DNA of 64,000 nucleotides from Candidatus Eiseniibacteriota bacterium (GTDB lineage Bacteria; Eisenbacteria; RBG-16-71-46): NCBI GenBank assembly GCA_031364505.1, contig JANLWK010000242.1, positions 7,775 to 71,774 of the forward strand, read 5' to 3'. Shown piece by piece: positions 58,249 to 64,000 of this stretch (position 1 is its first letter; each line of letters starts with the position of its first letter). The notes under the pieces were generated by a model. It saw only the letters and a program-made list of their open reading frames with translations, ran no database searches and was not told where the DNA came from. The position numbers and the translations under genes were made by a program.

Positions 58249-59781
58249 ATGTCCCTCGAGGAACTGAAGCGACAGAGGATCGAGAAGATCGAGCGCTGGA
58301 AGGCACTCGGCCTGCCCGCGTACGCCTACCGTTTCGACGGCGCGAACGCCGTGACCGACCTGCTCGCCCGCGGGGACGCCGTGACGCCCGAGCCCGGCGA
58401 GGTGGTGCGCGTCGCCGGCCGGATCCTGTCACTGCGCGGCCACGGCAAGGCGGGCTTCGCGCACATCCTCGACGCGACGGGACGGATCCAGCTCTACTTC
58501 CGCGCCGACCACCTGGGCGAGGCCTTCGCGCGTTACGAGCTGCTCGACGTCGGCGACTGGATCGGCATCGAGGGCCCGCTGTTCCGCACGCGCACCGGCG
58601 AGATCACGGTGCGCGTCGACTCGGTGGAGCTGCTCGCCAAGTCGCTGCGCCCGCTGCCCGAGAAGTGGCACGGGCTCAAGGATCCCGAGACGCGTTTCCG
58701 GCAGCGCTACGCGGACCTGTTCATGAACCTGGAAGTGCGCGAGGCGTTCCGGCGCCGGGCGCGGCTCGTGAGCGCGCTGCGCGAGACGCTGGACGGGAAT
58801 GGCTTCCTCGAGGTCGAGACCCCCGTGCTCCAGCCGCTCTACGGCGGCGCGTTCGCGCGGCCGTTCGTGACGCACCATCACGCGCTGGGCATGGAACTCT
58901 ATCTCCGAATCTCGAACGAGCTGTATCTCAAGCGGCTGATCGTGGGCGGGCTCGACCGCGTCTACGAGTTCTCGCGCGATTTCCGCAACGAGGGCATCGA
59001 CCGTTCGCACAGTCCGGAATTCACGATGCTCGAGTTCTACCAGGCCTACGCCGACGTCTACGACATGATGGACGCGACCGAGCGGCTGATCGCCCATGCC
59101 GTCGAGCGCGCCTGCGGCACCCTCGCGCTCACCGTGCAGGGCGAGGCGATCGACTTCACGCCGCCGTGGCGGCGGCTGTCGATGCTCGACGCCGTGAGCG
59201 AGGTGGTCGGCGAGTCGATTCACGCCCTCGACGCGGCCGTGCTCGAGCGTCACGCCCGCCGGCTCGGCGTCGAGACGCGTCCCGGCACCGGCGCGGGAGG
59301 GCTGCTCGACGCGCTGTTCAGCGAGAAGGTCCAGCCCACGCTCCGGCAGCCGACGCTCGTCGTCGACTACCCGGCCGAGACCTCGCCGCTCGCGCGCGTC
59401 AGCCGCACGAATCCGAACGTGGTCGAGCGGTTCGAGCTGTTCGTCGCGGGCATGGAGATCGGCAACGCGTTCTCGGAACAGAACGACCCGCAGGCCCAGC
59501 GGGCCGCGCTCGAGCTGCAGATGGAACGGCGCGCCGGCGGCGACGAGGAGGCCCAGGTCATGGACGCCGACTACATCCGGGCGCTCGAGTACGGCATGCC
59601 GCCGACGGGCGGCGTCGGCATCGGCATCGACCGGCTGGCCATGCTCGTGACCGACGCGCGCTCGATCCGCGACGTGATGCTGTTCCCGCAGCTCAGGCCC
59701 GAGGAGGGCCGCGCCGAGATCGAGGACGAGCCGGACGAGGACGAGCCCGCGACGGACCCGGCAGGACACGCCCGCTCGTGA
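58249..59781 (+). CDS. lysS: lysine--tRNA ligase (class II)
   Basis: OB-fold anticodon-binding N-domain, class II motifs (FRNEGID, ...GGVGIGIDRL). 510 aa including an acidic C-terminal tail. Confidence 0.93.
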   Translation: MSLEELKRQRIEKIERWKALGLPAYAYRFDGANAVTDLLARGDAVTPEPGEVVRVAGRILSLRGHGKAGFAHILDATGRIQLYFRADHLGEAFARYELLDVGDWIGIEGPLFRTRTGEITVRVDSVELLAKSLRPLPEKWHGLKDPETRFRQRYADLFMNLEVREAFRRRARLVSALRETLDGNGFLEVETPVLQPLYGGAFARPFVTHHHALGMELYLRISNELYLKRLIVGGLDRVYEFSRDFRNEGIDRSHSPEFTMLEFYQAYADVYDMMDATERLIAHAVERACGTLALTVQGEAIDFTPPWRRLSMLDAVSEVVGESIHALDAAVLERHARRLGVETRPGTGAGGLLDALFSEKVQPTLRQPTLVVDYPAETSPLARVSRTNPNVVERFELFVAGMEIGNAFSEQNDPQAQRAALELQMERRAGGDEEAQVMDADYIRALEYGMPPTGGVGIGIDRLAMLVTDARSIRDVMLFPQLRPEEGRAEIEDEPDEDEPATDPAGHARS

Positions 59782-61016
59782 GTGTCACCCTGTGGGTGGC
59801 CTCGCGCTACATGCGTGCCCGGCCGCGGAGCGCCTTCGTCACGCTGCTCAGCGCCATCTCGGTCGGGGGCGTGGCGCTGGGCGTGACGGCGCTCGTCACG
59901 GTGCTCGCCGTGATGAACGGGTTCGAGAACGAGGTCCAGTCGCGTATCGCCGGCACCGACGCCCACGTCGTCATCCTGGGCTCGAACGCCTCGGGGGTCG
60001 CCGACGCCGGTGACCTGGTGCGGCGGATCCGGCGGGATCCCGACGTCGTCGGCGTGGCGCCGTTCACCTACGTCAAGGCGATGGCGTTCCGCGAGGGCTT
60101 CACCGAGGGGCTCATCGTCAAGGGCGTCGACCTGGCGGCCGAGCGTGGCGTCACGACCATCGGCAACAACTTCACGCCGCCGCTCGACTCGATCCCGCTG
60201 CGCACCACCGGCGGGCGGCCGGGGCTCGTGCTCGGCTCCGAGCTGGCCGACCGGCTCGGGGCGAGGGTCGGCGACGAAGTACTGCTCGCCACGCTGACGG
60301 GCGACCCGGGGTCGGCCCTCGGCTTCGCGCCCCGGCTCAAGCCGTTCCGGCTCGTGGGCGTGTTCCGCTCGGGCCTCTACACGTACGATTCCAGTCTCGG
60401 CTTCACGTCGATTCCCGCGGCCCAGCAGTTCTTCGAACTCGGCACCTCGGTGACCGGCATCGAGGTGCGACTGCGCGACATGTTCCAGGCGCCGCAGGTC
60501 GGCGAGCGCATCCTGTCCGGGCTCGGCGTGCCGGGCCTGCGCGCCAACAACTGGATCGAGCTCAACCGGAACCTGTTCACCTGGATGCGGCTCGAGAAGG
60601 CCGTGATGTTCGTGATCCTCGCGCTCATCGTGCTCGTCGCGGCGTTCAACATCGTGAGCACGCTGTTCATGGTCGTGCTCGAGAAGCGCCGCGACATCGG
60701 CGTGCTCAAGTCGCTGGGCGCCACCGACGGCCAGGTGCTGCGCGTGTTCCTCTACCAGGGCCTCCTGATCGGCGCCGCGGGGACCGGCCTGGGCGTGTTG
60801 CTCGGCGGCACGCTGATCGCGATACTCCGGCGCTACCCGTTCGTACGGCTGCCGGGGGACGTCTACTTCATCGAGCGCCTGCCGGTGCGGCCGGAGTTAT
60901 CGGACTTCGCCGCCGTAATTCTTGCCGCCCTCGCCCTGTGTCTGGTCGCCGCCCTCTACCCGGCGTGGCGGGCCTCGCGACTCGATCCGGTGGACGCGAT
61001 CCGCCGGCAGGCATGA
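59778..61016 (+). CDS. lolE: lipoprotein-releasing system permease (LolC/LolE, FtsX family)
   Basis: GTG overlaps the lysS stop. 4 TM helices, large periplasmic loop, FtsX C-terminal helices (VLKSLGATDGQVLRVFLYQG). Confidence 0.85.
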   Translation: MSVTLWVASRYMRARPRSAFVTLLSAISVGGVALGVTALVTVLAVMNGFENEVQSRIAGTDAHVVILGSNASGVADAGDLVRRIRRDPDVVGVAPFTYVKAMAFREGFTEGLIVKGVDLAAERGVTTIGNNFTPPLDSIPLRTTGGRPGLVLGSELADRLGARVGDEVLLATLTGDPGSALGFAPRLKPFRLVGVFRSGLYTYDSSLGFTSIPAAQQFFELGTSVTGIEVRLRDMFQAPQVGERILSGLGVPGLRANNWIELNRNLFTWMRLEKAVMFVILALIVLVAAFNIVSTLFMVVLEKRRDIGVLKSLGATDGQVLRVFLYQGLLIGAAGTGLGVLLGGTLIAILRRYPFVRLPGDVYFIERLPVRPELSDFAAVILAALALCLVAALYPAWRASRLDPVDAIRRQA

Positions 61017-61759
61017 AGCGGAACGCGAAGATGGCCGATTTAACCATTGGAAACAGTACGGTTGCCGAGCACGGGCCGGCGCTGGAGGCCACCGGGATCC
61101 GGAAGTCCTACCCGACTCCGGAGGGGCCACTCGAAGTCCTGCGAGGGGTCGATCTGACGGTCGATCGTGGCACGATCCTCGCGATCGTGGGGGCCTCGGG
61201 ATCGGGGAAGAGCACGCTGCTCAACATCCTCGGCACCCTGGACCACGCCGACGCCGGCGTGGTTCGCGTGGGAGGGCGGCCGGTGTCGGCGCTCAAGCCG
61301 CGCGAGCTGGCGGAGTTCCGTTCGCGGCGGCTGGGGTTCGTGTTCCAGTTTCACCACCTGCTGCCCGAGTTCACGGCCGAGGAGAACGTGATGATGCCGC
61401 TCGTGCTGGCCGGAGTCGCGAGTGCCTCGGCGCGGGATCGCGCGCGCGCGGCCCTCGATTCGGTGGGCCTCGTCGAGCGCCGCCAGCACCGTCCGGCGGA
61501 GCTGTCGGGCGGCGAGGCGCAGCGCGTCGCGGTCGCGCGGGCGCTGGTCGCGTCGCCGCAACTCGTGCTCGCGGACGAGCCTTCGGGGAACCTGGATCCA
61601 CGCGCGGCCGAGGCGCTTCACGACCTCATGTCATCATTGGCCCGCGACCGGCATCAAACGTTCATCGTCGTGACACACAATGATAGACTCGCGAGCCGAG
61701 CCGACCGGGTCCTGACGCTGGACGACGGTCGCCTGAGCCCCGCGTCCACGAGAGGCTGA
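61013..61759 (+). CDS. lolD: lipoprotein-releasing system ATP-binding protein
   Basis: Walker A GASGSGKST, signature LSGGEAQRVAVARAL, Walker B LVLADEPSGNLD. ATGA overlap with lolE (alternative ATG 61031). Confidence 0.88.
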   Translation: MKRNAKMADLTIGNSTVAEHGPALEATGIRKSYPTPEGPLEVLRGVDLTVDRGTILAIVGASGSGKSTLLNILGTLDHADAGVVRVGGRPVSALKPRELAEFRSRRLGFVFQFHHLLPEFTAEENVMMPLVLAGVASASARDRARAALDSVGLVERRQHRPAELSGGEAQRVAVARALVASPQLVLADEPSGNLDPRAAEALHDLMSSLARDRHQTFIVVTHNDRLASRADRVLTLDDGRLSPASTRG

Positions 61760-61762
61760 CGC

Positions 61763-62293
61763 ATGGTCTGCCAGATGTGCGGCAAGAATCCCGCGACCGT
61801 GCACTTCACGGAGATCCACGACAATCGGGCGTCGGAGATGCACGTGTGCGAGCGTTGCGCCGAGGAGAAGGGACTCCACGGCGCCGGGCACCAGCACAAG
61901 TTCGACATCGCCGACCTGCTCGCCGGCATGGTCGACACCATGACCACGTCGGACGAGGAGCGTGTCGGGCGCATCCAGTGCCCGCGCTGCAGCATGCTCT
62001 ATTCGGCGTTCCGCGAGACGGGCCGGCTCGGCTGCGCCGAGTGCTACCACGCGTTCCAGTTCCAGCTCCGACCGCTGCTGCGCCGGATCCACGGCGATAC
62101 GCGGCATCGCGGCAAGGTGCCCCTCCGCGATGGCGAGGGCGCCGCGCGATCGCGCCAGATCCAGCGCCTCCACGACGAGCTGCAGCGCGCCGTCGAGAAA
62201 GAGGAATTCGAACACGCGGCGGCGATCCGCGACGAGATCCGGAAGCTCGAGACCGAAACGGGCGCCACGGCGCAGCCGGAGGCGGGCGCGTGA
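61763..62293 (+). CDS. mcsA: McsA-like protein arginine kinase activator (zinc-finger + UVR domain)
   Basis: MVCQMCGKNPATVHFTEI ... CERCAEEKG, CPRCSMLY ... CAECYHAF zinc fingers, C-terminal UVR (EEFEHAAAIRDEIRKLE). Very similar organisation to B. subtilis McsA. Confidence 0.8.
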   Translation: MVCQMCGKNPATVHFTEIHDNRASEMHVCERCAEEKGLHGAGHQHKFDIADLLAGMVDTMTTSDEERVGRIQCPRCSMLYSAFRETGRLGCAECYHAFQFQLRPLLRRIHGDTRHRGKVPLRDGEGAARSRQIQRLHDELQRAVEKEEFEHAAAIRDEIRKLETETGATAQPEAGA

Positions 62294-63387
62294 CGCCGGC
62301 CGACGATCGCCCCACCGCCGGAGTCGACCGGCTGCTCGACGGCACGAGCCCGTGGCTGTCGGGCGACGGCCCGCACGCCGACCTGGTGCTGTCGACGCGC
62401 ATCCGCCTCGCGCGCAACCTGAGCGAGGTGCCGTTCACGCACGTCGCGCGCGACGAGCAGCTCCAGGGCGTGCTCGCGAGTGCCACGAGCGCCGCGCAGC
62501 GCGCGGGGTCGTTCGAGGGGGCGCTGCTGCTCCGGATGAACGAGCTCGCGGCGGGCGAGCGGCAGATGCTCGTCGAGCGCCACCTGGTGAGTCACGAGCT
62601 CGGCGACGGCGTGCGGCCGCGTGGCATCCTCGTCGCGCAGGGCGAACGGCTGTCGCTGATGATCAACGAAGAGGACCACCTGAGGCTCCAGTCCATGGCG
62701 CCGGGGCTCCAGCTCGCCGAGGCGTGGGCGACGGCCGACACGGCCGACGACGAGCTCGACCAGTCGCTCGACTTCGCCTTCTCGGACGAGATCGGCTACC
62801 TGACCGCCTGCCCCACGAACGCCGGCACGGGGCTGCGCGCCTCCGTGCTCATCCACCTGCCGGCGCTGGTGCTGCTCGACGAGATCCAGAAGGTTCTGAA
62901 GGGCGTCATGCAGGTGGGCTTAAGCGTGCGCGGCCTGTACGGCGAGCACAGCGAGGTGATGGGCAACCTGTTCCAGATCTCGAACCAGACGACCCTCGGC
63001 CGCAGCGAGCGCGATTCGATCGAGAGCCTCGAGCGCGTGACGCGCCAGATCATGGAGGCCGAGGAGCGGGCGCGCGAACGGATGATGCGCGACGCGCGCG
63101 TCCAGATCGAGGACAAGGTGTGGCGCGCTTACGGGACGCTGCGGCACTGCCGGTCGATTCACGCCCGCGAGGTGATCAACCTGTGCTCGGCGGTGCGGCT
63201 CGGCGTGGCGCTCGGCCTGCCGGGGCTGTGCCCGCTGAGCACCGTGAACGAGCTGCTCGTGCTGACGCAGCCCGCGCATCTGCAGCGGTTCGCGGGCAGC
63301 GAGCTGTCACCCGCCGAACGTAACGTCATTCGTGCCCAACTCGTGCGCGAGCGGCTCACCGCCGCCGAGCGCGCCTCGGGCGTGTAG
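62290..63387 (+). CDS. mcsB: protein arginine kinase McsB (ATP:guanido phosphotransferase family)
   Basis: Phosphagen-kinase active site CPTNAGTGLRAS, RNLSEVPF, C-terminal pArg-binding-like domain. GTG overlaps the mcsA stop. Confidence 0.88.
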   Translation: MTPADDRPTAGVDRLLDGTSPWLSGDGPHADLVLSTRIRLARNLSEVPFTHVARDEQLQGVLASATSAAQRAGSFEGALLLRMNELAAGERQMLVERHLVSHELGDGVRPRGILVAQGERLSLMINEEDHLRLQSMAPGLQLAEAWATADTADDELDQSLDFAFSDEIGYLTACPTNAGTGLRASVLIHLPALVLLDEIQKVLKGVMQVGLSVRGLYGEHSEVMGNLFQISNQTTLGRSERDSIESLERVTRQIMEAEERARERMMRDARVQIEDKVWRAYGTLRHCRSIHAREVINLCSAVRLGVALGLPGLCPLSTVNELLVLTQPAHLQRFAGSELSPAERNVIRAQLVRERLTAAERASGV

Positions 63388-63420
63388 CTTCTTTCGAGTC
63401 ACGAGACCAGGAGCCTTGTC

Positions 63421-64000
<580 letters not shown>

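Noticed and set aside
61759-61763. CtsR operator / ctsR gene upstream of mcsA
   Set aside because: Only 3 nt separate lolD and mcsA. There is no room for a CtsR box or gene, and none was seen.

Overview
This window is a very GC-rich (~70%) bacterial chromosomal segment, densely packed with housekeeping and envelope-biogenesis genes. I call about 57 protein-coding genes; all but one lie on the + strand, and many are linked by 1-11 nt stop/start overlaps (ATGA / GTGA). No rRNA, tRNA, CRISPR array, transposase or integrase is recognisable.

Content in order:
- Outer-membrane biogenesis block (1-11 kb): rseP, an Omp85 BamA/TamA-family protein, a 1352-aa TamB-like protein, and an unusual secreted protein that fuses a gluzincin-like HExxH peptidase domain, TolB-type beta-propeller repeats and a C-terminal Omp85 beta-barrel.
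- pcrA/uvrD, gatCAB, purD-purE.
- A Bacillus-like tsaC - ywlE-type LMW phosphatase - (ilvE) - rpiB - glyA block.
- mgtE, followed by a Bat-type aerotolerance operon: moxR - DUF58 - membrane protein - batA - batB::TPR fusion - batD - PAP2.
- ptsN, a zinc-ribbon protein, a lipoprotein pair, cca, a polyprenyl synthase, rsfS, argS (with a degenerate HIGH motif) and a PfkB kinase.
- An orphan tandem-domain hypothetical protein, then a lower-GC leader containing an SD-led hydrophobic sORF, upstream of a polytopic HD-GYP protein.
- purM, a sensor-less sigma54 activator, a Gfo/Idh/MocA oxidoreductase, lnt, asd, a CbiQ/EcfT-like protein, truA, htrA.
- purB-purL-purQ-(PurS-like)-purF, lysS, and lolE-lolD fused directly to a Firmicute-type mcsA-mcsB-clpC (protein-arginine kinase) module.

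The many long antisense ORFs are GC-driven artefacts. All coordinates and starts are inferred by eye from the ORF track, motifs and neighbouring stop codons; no homology search was run.
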